From the NCBI GenBank assembly GCA_964529325.1, contig CAZGWH010000005.1:1126-65125 (forward strand): a DNA stretch of 64,000 bases, in the 5' to 3' direction. Of the stretch, positions 42,740 through 51,902 are shown piece by piece. The position numbers and the translations under genes are program-made. Every line of letters begins with the position of its first letter. Within the stretch, counting starts at the first letter, position 1. The stretch is from an uncultured bacterium (GTDB lineage: Bacteria; Fidelibacterota; Marinisomatia; SCGC-AAA003-L08; GCA-2689995). The notes under the pieces are model-generated. The model saw only the letters and a program-made list of their open reading frames with translations, was not told the DNA's origin and did not search any database.

Positions 42740-43423
42740 TTAAAATAAACTTTTTTGCTGGCAAATATGGGATTCCATAATGCATCTTTTGCTATTATTC
42801 TTCACAGAATTCACTATTGTGGAAACAGGATAATATTCTAATTCTGATTTAATATTATTAAAATTAAATGATTGATATTCAAGGGATGTATTCAGCCAAT
42901 TATCCATGTTATTTTTTTGGAGTACAGGCATTCGATGATGAATATTATTTAATTGATTATCGGCATTAGTTGTAATAACGGTATAAGACTCAATAATATT
43001 CCCAAGAGAGTTTTTCCACCTACTCCATAAGCCCAAAAGACAAAATAAATTATTATCTTGAGTGAAAATATAATATGGTTGTTTTTGCCCATTAACAATT
43101 TTCCATTCATAATACCCATCAATTGGAATTAAACATCGCTGAGAATTAACTAAATTTTTAAATGATGATTTTTCTGAAAGGGTTTCTTGTCTTGCATTAA
43201 TCATATTAGAAGCAAAAGACTCATCCTTTGACCATGATGGAATAAGCCCCCATTTCATTTGCTTTATAATTCGTTTTTCTTTTTTTTGAATAATAATTGG
43301 ATGTTGATGTGTAGGAGCAATATTGTAACTTGGTGTATAATAAATCAAATCATCCCAATGGTCAATTGATAATTCACGAATAATATCTAATTTAGATTTA
43401 GTTAATGTTTTTCGTCCGCACAT
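42740..43423 (-). CDS. yedK: SOS-response-associated peptidase (SRAP/YedK) abasic-site processing protein
   Basis: N-terminal MCGR (catalytic Cys2), YNIAPT, NARQETL, PIDGYYEW, HHRMPV. Confidence 0.9.
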   Translation of the reverse strand: MCGRKTLTKSKLDIIRELSIDHWDDLIYYTPSYNIAPTHQHPIIIQKKEKRIIKQMKWGLIPSWSKDESFASNMINARQETLSEKSSFKNLVNSQRCLIPIDGYYEWKIVNGQKQPYYIFTQDNNLFCLLGLWSRWKNSLGNIIESYTVITTNADNQLNNIHHRMPVLQKNNMDNWLNTSLEYQSFNFNNIKSELEYYPVSTIVNSVKNNSKRCIMESHICQQKSLF

Positions 43424-43764
43424 AATAGGGTAATAAATGATAAATCATATTTTATAATTTATACTCTGATTAGAGCTGAAATATATATAAAAATGAAGTG
43501 ATTTGGGGTACCGTGTGAAAGCAAACAATGATTACATCCAAAAATAAAATTTGGGAAGGTCAAAATACTTGAGTTTTTACAATTTATCGAACATCCGAAG
43601 AGAGTTAAATTTCTAATCAAAAGTAATTAAGTTTAAAAGAGCTATCAATAAAAAAATAGCAGAATTTTTATTAGGTCTTAATTATTTTCCTATTTGTAAA
43701 GATCAGAATCTTAATATTTTTAGACGAAGTTATTATGAAATAGATTTCAATTAAATTAGAAATA

Positions 43765-44172
43765 CTAAGTATTAGAAAGTGAAATATCATTACATCGTTC
43801 ACATGTTTTTTCAGGTATCCATCCCCAGTTTATCATTAATTTAAAAAAACAACATCCAGCACAGAATCCAAAATTACTTTCTAATCCAGCAAAAAATATT
43901 AGTATTCCAAGGAGGTATGTTGCTTTCTGAGGGTTTCCTGAATGTATGAGAATAATAGAAGAGGTGGTAAAAACTAAATCAACAAATTGTGCAAATCGCT
44001 TTGGTGGTCCAGGAGATACTTTATATGGTTCACCTAATATTGGAATTATTACTTTGGTCGCTAATAGTGCTATAGGGCTTAATGTAGGGCCTGCAAGAAC
44101 TCGTGCATAAAACCCATAGGCTACAAAGTATAGTATATAAATATTTTCTGTGTATAAAAATAATGAAGTCAA
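43765..44172 (-). CDS. DUF4395-domain membrane protein
   Basis: SPGPPKRFAQ and ESNFGFCAGCCFF motifs plus hydrophobic helices typical of DUF4395. Confidence 0.6.
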   Translation of the reverse strand: MTSLFLYTENIYILYFVAYGFYARVLAGPTLSPIALLATKVIIPILGEPYKVSPGPPKRFAQFVDLVFTTSSIILIHSGNPQKATYLLGILIFFAGLESNFGFCAGCCFFKLMINWGWIPEKTCERCNDISLSNT

Positions 44173-44319
44173 TGAAAGAACAAAAAAAGCAACAATTCTT
44201 GCTGCATATTCAATAATCGTTTCAGGGAAAGAAAAAATCTGTTTTAATAAGTTGGTATTGATGGGTCTATTTCGCTTTCCTTTCTTTGCTTTTATATTAA
44301 GCAGTTTGCCAATTTACAC

Positions 44320-44565
44320 AAAATTCTTTATAAGCCCCATTCGGCATACCCAAATCCGTCACCTATCAGTTATGATGAAACAGTCAATGAATGCAATGTC
44401 TTTACGAGTATTTGATATTAATGGTCGATTAATTGAAACCTTGATTGATGGTCAAATTGAATCAGGTTTTTATACGGTTGAATGGAATTTCCAAGCGGAG
44501 TATATTTTGTTAAAATGAAGTCAGATGATTTTAATCAAACACAGAAATTGATATTGGTTAAATAG
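44320..44565 (+). pseudogene. Remnant of a T9SS (Por) C-terminal sorting domain, frameshifted, cargo body missing
   Basis: Three frame segments join to AYPNPSPISYDETVNE / SLRVFDINGRLIETLIDGQIESGFYTVEWN / SGVYFVKMKSDDFNQTQKLILVK*. This matches the YPNPF...G.Y...W...SGVYF...K..L.K consensus. Confidence 0.7.
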
Positions 44566-44682
44566 ATTTATATTTAATGAAAAAAAACTCTCCATAAATG
44601 ACAATCAATAATCTTGTATTTATAAATAATAGGGTTTTATATTACTATGCTTTGCCCATTGCTAAATTTGGTATTTTAATAT

Positions 44683-45996
44683 ATGTTTGAACAACTTCAA
44701 AATAGATTACACAATGTAGTCAAGACTTTAAAGGGTCATGGAAAGATTACAGAAAGTAATGTAACAGAAGCTTCTAGAGAAATTAGAAGAGCATTACTTG
44801 AAGCTGATGTAAACTTTAAAGTTGCTCGGGATTTTATTAAAAGAGTCCAAGAAAAAGCAACGGGTGAAAAAGTAATTCGGTCAATATCACCGGGACAGCA
44901 ATTCATTAAAATTTTAAATGATGAATTAACAGAATTTCTTGGTGGTGATTCAGTTGAAATAAAATTTAATTCAATAGGACCGACAACAATTTTAATGGCA
45001 GGTTTGCAAGGTTCAGGTAAAACAACGACGACTGCAAAGCTGGCAAGTTTTTTGAAAAAGAAATATCGGAAAAATCCAATATTAATTGCTGCAGATTTAC
45101 AACGACCAGGTGCTGTTGACCAATTAAAAGTGATGGCCAAAAAAGCAGAAGTTGATTATTATTGTGAATATATCAAAGATGTATTGCAAGTTGTAAAAAA
45201 TGGCTTAAAAAAAGCAAAAGATAATCAAAATGATGTGATAATTATTGATACGGCAGGTCGGTTACATATAGATGCAGAATTAATGGAAGAGTTGAAAAAA
45301 GTAATTTCATTATCAACTCCTGATGAAATTTTATATGTAGCAGATGGAATGACTGGTCAAGATGCTGTTAATTCATCAAAAGCATTTAATGATGAAATTG
45401 ATATCTCTGGTATTGTGTTGACCAAAATGGATGGTGATTCTCGTGGTGGTGCAGCATTATCAATTCGAAAAGTAACAGGTAAATCAATTAAATTTATTGG
45501 TACTGGTGAAGGATTGGATGGATTAGAAATTTTTCATCCAAATCGGCTTGCAAATCGAATACTTGGAATGGGTGATGTAATATCTTTAGTTGAAAAAGCT
45601 CAAGAAGTGATTAATACTGAAGAAGCTGAAAAACTTGCTAAACGAATGGTGAGTAAAGAATTTAATTTTGAAGATTTTCAACAACAGATGAAACAGATTC
45701 AAAAAATGGGATCTATTTCTGATATTATGAAAATGGTACCAGGTATGAATAAAATGCCTGTCGGTGATGTGAACGAAAAACAACTAATATGGGTTGATGC
45801 GATGATTAGTTCAATGACTGTAAAAGAGAGACAGAACCCTAATATTATTAATGGGTCAAGACGAAAAAGAATTGCAAAAGGAAGTGGAAGAAGCCTCTTC
45901 GAAATAAATCAATTACTGAAACAATTCTTCCAAATGAAGAAAATGATGGCTGGATTCAGTAAAAAAGGATTCAAGAGGATGCCGTTTAACTTATAA
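44683..45996 (+). CDS. ffh: Signal recognition particle protein Ffh
   Basis: GLQGSGKTTT, DTAGR, TKMDGD. Met-rich M domain. Confidence 0.97.
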   Translation: MFEQLQNRLHNVVKTLKGHGKITESNVTEASREIRRALLEADVNFKVARDFIKRVQEKATGEKVIRSISPGQQFIKILNDELTEFLGGDSVEIKFNSIGPTTILMAGLQGSGKTTTTAKLASFLKKKYRKNPILIAADLQRPGAVDQLKVMAKKAEVDYYCEYIKDVLQVVKNGLKKAKDNQNDVIIIDTAGRLHIDAELMEELKKVISLSTPDEILYVADGMTGQDAVNSSKAFNDEIDISGIVLTKMDGDSRGGAALSIRKVTGKSIKFIGTGEGLDGLEIFHPNRLANRILGMGDVISLVEKAQEVINTEEAEKLAKRMVSKEFNFEDFQQQMKQIQKMGSISDIMKMVPGMNKMPVGDVNEKQLIWVDAMISSMTVKERQNPNIINGSRRKRIAKGSGRSLFEINQLLKQFFQMKKMMAGFSKKGFKRMPFNL

Positions 45997-46013
45997 GTGA
46001 ATAAGGAGAACAG

Positions 46014-46688
46014 TTGGCTGTTCGTATTAGAATGAAAAGGCTCGGTCGCCGTAAAAGACCATTTTATCGATTGGTTGCAATCGATTCAAAAACAAGAAGA
46101 GAAGGTGTTGAAATTGAAAGATTAGGATGGTTTGATCCTTTAAATAAGGATAATCATTTTAACTTGAATGAAGACCGTATTAAACATTGGTTAGGAATTG
46201 GTGCAAGCGCATCTCATGCTGCCAAAGGATTATTCAAAAAAGCAGGTTTGTCATATAAGTGGCATTTAGAAAAAAATGGTGCATCAGAAGAAGAAGTTAC
46301 ACTATTATTGGAAAAATGGCATTCAAATAAATCTTTAAAAGCTGAGAATACAAAAGAAGTTCCAGTGGTTGAAGAAGCACCTGTAGAAAATCTTGAATCA
46401 GATGAAGAAGTTGTTGAAGTTTCTGCCGAAAGCGAAACTGAAATTAACATTGTGGAAGAAACACCACCATCAACTAAAGAAAAAAAGGTTGAAGAAGCGA
46501 GTGCTGATAAACCTTCAAAAGATGCAAAACCCAAAGAATCTAAAGTAACTGAAAAGAAAGCTCCAAAAAAGGCTGAAAAGAAAGTTGCTAAAGAAGAAAA
46601 ACCGGTTAAAGCAGAAAAGCCTGTTGATGAAAAATCTGAAAAAAAACTTGAAGCTGAAAAAAAATCGGCAAAGAAAGAAAGTGAATAA
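46014..46688 (+). CDS. rpsP: 30S ribosomal protein S16 with a long K/E/P-rich C-terminal extension
   Basis: TTG start. MAVRIRMKRLGRRKRPFYRLVAIDS. 224 aa, with about 140 low-complexity residues after the S16 core. Confidence 0.95.
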   Translation: MAVRIRMKRLGRRKRPFYRLVAIDSKTRREGVEIERLGWFDPLNKDNHFNLNEDRIKHWLGIGASASHAAKGLFKKAGLSYKWHLEKNGASEEEVTLLLEKWHSNKSLKAENTKEVPVVEEAPVENLESDEEVVEVSAESETEINIVEETPPSTKEKKVEEASADKPSKDAKPKESKVTEKKAPKKAEKKVAKEEKPVKAEKPVDEKSEKKLEAEKKSAKKESE

Positions 46689-46706
46689 TCAGGTTAGGAG
46701 TTAAGT

Positions 46707-46940
46707 TTGAAAGAGTTACTTGAAGATATAATTAAAGCAATTGTAGATGATGTTGATGCGGTAAAGGTAAATATTTTAGATACTGAAAGCACAACTATTT
46801 ATGAATTGCATGTAGCCAAAGAAGATGTAGGAAAGGTAATTGGTAAGAAAGGGCGAAATATTACAGCTCTGAGAATTATTCTTTCTGCGGGTACATCTAA
46901 AGCAGGAGATAAAAGAGCACTTCTGGAAGTTGTCGACTAA
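46707..46940 (+). CDS. KH-domain RNA-binding protein (YlqC/UPF0109 family)
   Basis: VGKVIGKKGRNITALRIIL. Conserved slot between rpsP and rimM. Confidence 0.88.
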   Translation: MKELLEDIIKAIVDDVDAVKVNILDTESTTIYELHVAKEDVGKVIGKKGRNITALRIILSAGTSKAGDKRALLEVVD

Positions 46941-47454
46941 AAGACAGCTTAAATTTATCAAATCAGGTCATCTGAAAAATCCATATAAGGATAATGGTGA
47001 TATGGTTTGTAAACTTTTTAATCAGGAAAATGATTTATTAATCCCTGATAAAGAAGTTTGGGTGAAATTAGCAGATGATGAGTTTTTACCTGCAGTCATT
47101 GAGAAAATTGAGAAGTTTAATAGTCGGCATTTAGTCAGATTTAAAAATGTGAAATCAGCTGATGATGCTATTTTATTTCAACATGGTGAAATTCTAATCG
47201 AAAAAGAAATTGATGAGAATATCATCAATGATGCAGACCCTATAAATTATATGGGATTTGAAGTTTTAAATGAATCAAAACAAAAAATTGGTTTTGTGAA
47301 AGATACATTTGAAATTCCAGGAAACCCATTATTGATGATTGAAATGGATGAAAAAGAAGTGATGGTGCCAATTGCGGAAGAATTTATCCAGCTTTTTGAT
47401 ATAGAGAATCGGAAAATAATTGTTCGTCAAATAGATGAATTATTAGGATTATAA
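46930..47454 (+). CDS. rimM: 16S rRNA processing protein RimM
   Basis: Synteny rpsP-KH-rimM-trmD-rplS. 174 aa with PRC-barrel-like C-terminus. TTG start overlaps the upstream gene. Confidence 0.8.
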   Translation: MSTKRQLKFIKSGHLKNPYKDNGDMVCKLFNQENDLLIPDKEVWVKLADDEFLPAVIEKIEKFNSRHLVRFKNVKSADDAILFQHGEILIEKEIDENIINDADPINYMGFEVLNESKQKIGFVKDTFEIPGNPLLMIEMDEKEVMVPIAEEFIQLFDIENRKIIVRQIDELLGL

Positions 47455-48150
47455 ATGGAAATTCATTTTATATCTCCTTTCGATAAAATTGCACAAGTAA
47501 CTTTAAATGAAAGTATTTTAGGGCGTGCAAATCGAAATGGGATTGTGAAATATCATTTTTATAATTTATATGATTTTGCAGATCCTCCTCATCACAGTAT
47601 TGATGATTCACCATTTGGTGGAGGTGTGGGGATGATTCTTAAACCTGAACCAATTTTTAGAATTATTGATAAAATAATAGATGAAAATTCAGATCGAAAT
47701 AAATATAGAGTTTTATTTCCAACACCTGATGGTAAGGTTTTTAATCAACAAATTGCAAAAGAATTATCTTTAGAAGAAAATGTAATATTTATTTCTGGAC
47801 ATTATAAAGGATTGGATCAACGCGTTAGGGATGAATTTGTGACAGATGAAATTTCTATTGGAGATTATGTTTTAACGGGAGGTGATTTACCATCGCTTGT
47901 TATTATTGATTCAATTGTTAGATTAATTCCAGGTGTGATTGGCAAGATTGAGTCTGCCGAAACCGATTCTTTTACAAATCCATTATTGGATTACCCTCAT
48001 TATACAAGACCTGAAAACTTTAGAGGGTTAAAAGTACCTGAAGTGTTGCTTTCAGGGCATCACGGTAAAATAGAAAATTGGCGACAAGAAAAAAGATTTG
48101 AGAAAACGAAAACGCGCAGACCAGATTTGTTAGCGAAAATTAAAAATTAA
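47455..48150 (+). CDS. trmD: tRNA (guanine37-N1)-methyltransferase
   Basis: SPFGGGVGMILKPEP, GHYKGLDQRV, SIGDYVLTGG. Confidence 0.96.
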   Translation: MEIHFISPFDKIAQVTLNESILGRANRNGIVKYHFYNLYDFADPPHHSIDDSPFGGGVGMILKPEPIFRIIDKIIDENSDRNKYRVLFPTPDGKVFNQQIAKELSLEENVIFISGHYKGLDQRVRDEFVTDEISIGDYVLTGGDLPSLVIIDSIVRLIPGVIGKIESAETDSFTNPLLDYPHYTRPENFRGLKVPEVLLSGHHGKIENWRQEKRFEKTKTRRPDLLAKIKN

Positions 48151-48155
48151 TATGA

Positions 48156-48518
48156 ATGGAGGCAACCATGGATAAAGTAGCCATAGCGACAAAAGAATTA
48201 ATGAAAACAGATTTACCTGAATTTAGAACGGGTGATTCTGTAGCTGTTGGTGTAAAAGTTATAGAAGGAAATAGATCTAGGGTTCAGGTCTTTGAAGGAG
48301 TTGTAATTTCAATTTCTGCAGGACATGGATTAGATAAATCCTTTACGGTTAGAAAAATTTCTAACGGTGTAGGAGTTGAAAGAATATTTCCTTATCACTC
48401 ACCTAATTTAGATTATATTAAAGTCGTAAAACTTGGGAAAGTGAGAAGAGCTAAAATATATTACCTTCGGGAATTAAAAGGTAAGGCCGCTCGAATTAAA
48501 GAGAGAGCTCGGAAATAA
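48156..48518 (+). CDS. rplS: 50S ribosomal protein L19
   Basis: [29 protein letters not shown]. The start may be ATG 48168. Confidence 0.96.
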   Translation: MEATMDKVAIATKELMKTDLPEFRTGDSVAVGVKVIEGNRSRVQVFEGVVISISAGHGLDKSFTVRKISNGVGVERIFPYHSPNLDYIKVVKLGKVRRAKIYYLRELKGKAARIKERARK

Positions 48519-48530
48519 AAATAAAAATAA

Positions 48531-48558
48531 AAAAGCTCCTGATGGAGCTTTTTTTTTT
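48531..48558 (+). terminator. Rho-independent terminator after rplS
   Basis: AGCTCC-tgat-GGAGCT hairpin flanked by an A-run and a T10 run. Confidence 0.85.
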
Positions 48559-48637
48559 AGATTTTAAATATTCTTCTTGGTAAGCGTTTATTTCTAATTC
48601 TATTTTACATTTACAATATTAACCAACAATTAATTAA

Positions 48638-50254
48638 ATGGACTATAAAAAATTATATTTAAATTTAATAGATAGAGTCAAACAATTAAATAAAATTGGT
48701 TTAGCATTATCTACAGAAAAAAATACCGATAAATTATTTGAAATGATATTGGATGAGTCAACCAAAATTTCAAATGCCGCAGGTAGCACATTATATCAAT
48801 CTAAAAATAATAAATTATTTTTTAGCATTATTAAAAATGAACCATTAAATATTTGGCAGGGTGGAATATCTGGGAATGAAATAAATTTTCCGCCTATTAA
48901 ATTGAATTTAGAAAATGGAGATAAAAATTTATTAAATGTTTGTGCCTATTCTGCAATTACAGGCGATGCAGTAAATATTAAGGATGCTTATAAAATAAAA
49001 CAGTTTGACTTTTCAGGTATGAAAAAATTTGATAAAGCAACAGGGTTTAAATCTCAATCGAGTTTAACGGTTCCAATGAAAGATCATGAAAGTGAGACTA
49101 TTGGTGTAATACAATTATTTAATGCAAGAGATGAGAATGGTAATGTGATTTCATTTTCAGAAGAAGTCATTGAAGAGATAGAATCTCTTGCATCTCAAGG
49201 AGCAATTTCATTAAGTAATAAAAAATTAGTTGATGATCTCCAAGAATTATTTGAGTCATTTATTAAATTAATTGCACTTGCAATCGACAGGAAATCTGAA
49301 TATACAGGCGGACATTGTCAACGCGTACCCGAATTAACTATGATGCTTGCAGAGGCATTAGAAAGACAGACAACAGGTAAATTTAAAGATTTTAAAATGA
49401 CCGATGATGAAAAGTATGAACTTAAAATTGCAGCATGGTTACATGATTGTGGGAAAGTTGCTACTCCTGTACATGTCGTTGATAAATCTACAAAATTAGA
49501 AACTATTTTCGATCGGATAGAATTAATTAAAACCCGTTTTCAATCCGTTAAAGATCAACGGAAAATTGAATTTTTATCAGATAAAATTTTACTATTAGAA
49601 AATGGAAATATATCCGAATTAAATAAAATAACAAAAACATACAATTTAGATATTAGCGAATTAAATTCTGATTTAGATTTAATTGTGAAGTTTAATTTAG
49701 GTGCTGAGTTTATGCCCATTGAGATTCAAAATAAGATAAAAAAAATGGGTAACAAAACATGGGTTGAAAATGGGATTAAAAAACCATTATTAACTCAAAA
49801 TGAAATTGAAAACTTAACTATTTCTAAAGGTACTTTAAATCCTGCCGAAAGAGAAGAGATTAATAATCATATTGTAGTTACTCTTGAAATGCTAAATAAT
49901 TTACCATATCCAAAACATTTAAAAAAGGTGCCTGAATTTGCTGGTGGTCATCATGAAAAAATTGATGGAACAGGATATCCAATGGGTTTATCGGGTAATG
50001 AAATGAGTACTCAGGCAAAAGTAATGGCTGTAGCTGACATTTATGAAGCTTTAACTGCAAAAGATAGACCATATAAAAAGGGTAAAAAACTTTCTGAATC
50101 CATGCGTATTTTAGGATTTATGAAAAATGATTATCATATTGACAAAGATATTTTCGAAATTTTTGTTAAAGAAAAAGTGTACAAACAATATGCTGATTTA
50201 TATGTTGCAGAAGATCAACATGATAAAGTGAATGAATTAGAATTAATAAACTAA
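48638..50254 (+). CDS. GAF-domain / HD-GYP-domain protein (putative cyclic-di-GMP phosphodiesterase)
   Basis: GGHCQRV, WLHDCGK and HHEKIDGTGYP motifs. GAF-like N-terminal half. Confidence 0.85.
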   Translation: MDYKKLYLNLIDRVKQLNKIGLALSTEKNTDKLFEMILDESTKISNAAGSTLYQSKNNKLFFSIIKNEPLNIWQGGISGNEINFPPIKLNLENGDKNLLNVCAYSAITGDAVNIKDAYKIKQFDFSGMKKFDKATGFKSQSSLTVPMKDHESETIGVIQLFNARDENGNVISFSEEVIEEIESLASQGAISLSNKKLVDDLQELFESFIKLIALAIDRKSEYTGGHCQRVPELTMMLAEALERQTTGKFKDFKMTDDEKYELKIAAWLHDCGKVATPVHVVDKSTKLETIFDRIELIKTRFQSVKDQRKIEFLSDKILLLENGNISELNKITKTYNLDISELNSDLDLIVKFNLGAEFMPIEIQNKIKKMGNKTWVENGIKKPLLTQNEIENLTISKGTLNPAEREEINNHIVVTLEMLNNLPYPKHLKKVPEFAGGHHEKIDGTGYPMGLSGNEMSTQAKVMAVADIYEALTAKDRPYKKGKKLSESMRILGFMKNDYHIDKDIFEIFVKEKVYKQYADLYVAEDQHDKVNELELIN

Positions 50255-50520
50255 TGTCAAAATTAGATTTATCTATTTTGACAGATAAAGAAATTGAAGA
50301 TGAAATTTTTAAAATTCAAAATTGGATAGAGATTGAAAAATCAAATGGAAGAAATGTAGATGAAATTCTTGATAATTCAATTATCATTGATGAGTTTGAG
50401 AAATATTTTTCAGATGAAGAATTTAGCATTTTTATTCTAACTGTCTTGAATAATTTTAAATCAAAAGAAATAATTGACATGCTAATTAATGTGATAAAAA
50501 ACTCAAAAAAATTAATTTGA
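50254..50520 (+). CDS. Hypothetical acidic 88-aa protein
   Basis: ORF only. Start overlaps the HD-GYP stop (TAATG). No recognisable motif. Confidence 0.4.
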   Translation: MSKLDLSILTDKEIEDEIFKIQNWIEIEKSNGRNVDEILDNSIIIDEFEKYFSDEEFSIFILTVLNNFKSKEIIDMLINVIKNSKKLI

Positions 50521-50525
50521 TTTGA

Positions 50526-51902
50526 ATGAATAATAAAAAATTAAGAAATTTACCATCTGTTAGTGATATTTTGGATTCTATAAATGCAATTCAATATAAT
50601 TTACCTTACCATTTAATTCTAAAAAAAATTAGACAATCAATTTCTGAATTTAGAAATGAAATAATGAATGGAAACGAATTAACAGTTACTGATTTAATTC
50701 CAAAAATAAAAAATGAATTAGAAAAACTAAATTCGTCTTCCTTACAATCTGTAATTAATGGTACAGGAATTATTTTACATACAGGCTTAGGTCGAGCACC
50801 TATTTCAGAAGAAATATTAAATAATTCATTCGAAAAATTATCTGGATATATTAATATTGAATTAGATCTAAATAATGGGAATAGAGGTGAAAGAGCGAAT
50901 CATATAAACTTACTATTAGATGGATTAACTGGAAGTAAGGAATCTGTAGTTGTAAATAATAATGCCTCCGCTGTGTTATTAACATTAAATACATTTGGTG
51001 AGAAAAAAGAAGTAATTGTGAGTAGAGGTGAGCAAGTTGAAATTGGTGGTTCTTTTCGAATTCCAGATGTAATTAATAAAGCAGGTTGCCATTTAGTTGA
51101 AGTTGGTACAACAAATAGAACTCATTTAAAAGATTATCAAAATGCAATAACTAAACAAACAGGATTACTTCTTGTTGCCCATACGAGTAATTATATTGTA
51201 AAAGGATTTACTAAATCAGTAGAAATTGAAGAACTTGTTTTATTAGCGAAAAAGAGAAAGATACCACTTATTATTGATCTTGGGAGTGGTGCATTAGCTG
51301 AATTACAAAAACTCGGTTTACCATTTGAACCTGTCGTTCAATTTTATATAAAAGCTGGAGTTGATGCAGTTACCTTTAGCGGTGATAAACTCCTCGGAGG
51401 ACCACAATGTGGAATTATCTGTGGGAAACAGGGTGTAATTAAGAAAATACGAAATAATGCGTTATATAGGGCATTACGGTGTGATAAAATAATATATACA
51501 ATTTTAGAAGAAACACTTAGAACCTATTATAATTCTACAATAATTAAATCGGAAAATTTAACATGGACACTCTTTCAACGAAAAATGATTGATTTAGAGG
51601 AAATTGGTAATTTCATACTCTCAAACCTATCATCTAAAATTTTAAAGAATTCTGGATTAAAATTAATTAATTCAATAGTTGAGGCAGGAAGCGGGTCATT
51701 ACCCACTCAGAATATTGAAAGTAGAGCCTTAAGTTTTAAATCTAAATTATTCAAACCTAAACAAATACATCTAAAATTTTTATCACAAAAACCAGCTATT
51801 TTAGGATATATTCATAACAACCAATTTAATATTGATTTAAAAGCAGTACTAAAAAATCAACAAGACTATCTATTAAAATCAATAACGGAAATATTTAGTT
51901 GA
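50526..51902 (+). CDS. selA: L-seryl-tRNA(Sec) selenium transferase
   Basis: NLPSVSDIL N-terminus, INGTGIILHTGLGRAP, FSGDKLLGGPQCGII (PLP lysine). 458 aa. Confidence 0.93.
   Translation: MNNKKLRNLPSVSDILDSINAIQYNLPYHLILKKIRQSISEFRNEIMNGNELTVTDLIPKIKNELEKLNSSSLQSVINGTGIILHTGLGRAPISEEILNNSFEKLSGYINIELDLNNGNRGERANHINLLLDGLTGSKESVVVNNNASAVLLTLNTFGEKKEVIVSRGEQVEIGGSFRIPDVINKAGCHLVEVGTTNRTHLKDYQNAITKQTGLLLVAHTSNYIVKGFTKSVEIEELVLLAKKRKIPLIIDLGSGALAELQKLGLPFEPVVQFYIKAGVDAVTFSGDKLLGGPQCGIICGKQGVIKKIRNNALYRALRCDKIIYTILEETLRTYYNSTIIKSENLTWTLFQRKMIDLEEIGNFILSNLSSKILKNSGLKLINSIVEAGSGSLPTQNIESRALSFKSKLFKPKQIHLKFLSQKPAILGYIHNNQFNIDLKAVLKNQQDYLLKSITEIFS

Noticed and set aside
43424-43764. The long 341-nt non-coding gap was inspected for tRNA-Sec (selC) or another structured RNA. 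The same was done for 38111-38253, 44566-44682 and 56362-56462.
   Set aside because: All of these stretches are extremely AT-rich. None shows a cloverleaf-like acceptor or T-arm pairing or an extended GC stem. No selC was identified in this window.
44150-44518. A tracked 122-aa ORF.
   Set aside because: It is a chimera. Its 5' part is antisense to and upstream of the DUF4395 gene start. Its 3' part is one frame segment of the decayed T9SS C-terminal domain. It is annotated as a pseudogene remnant instead.
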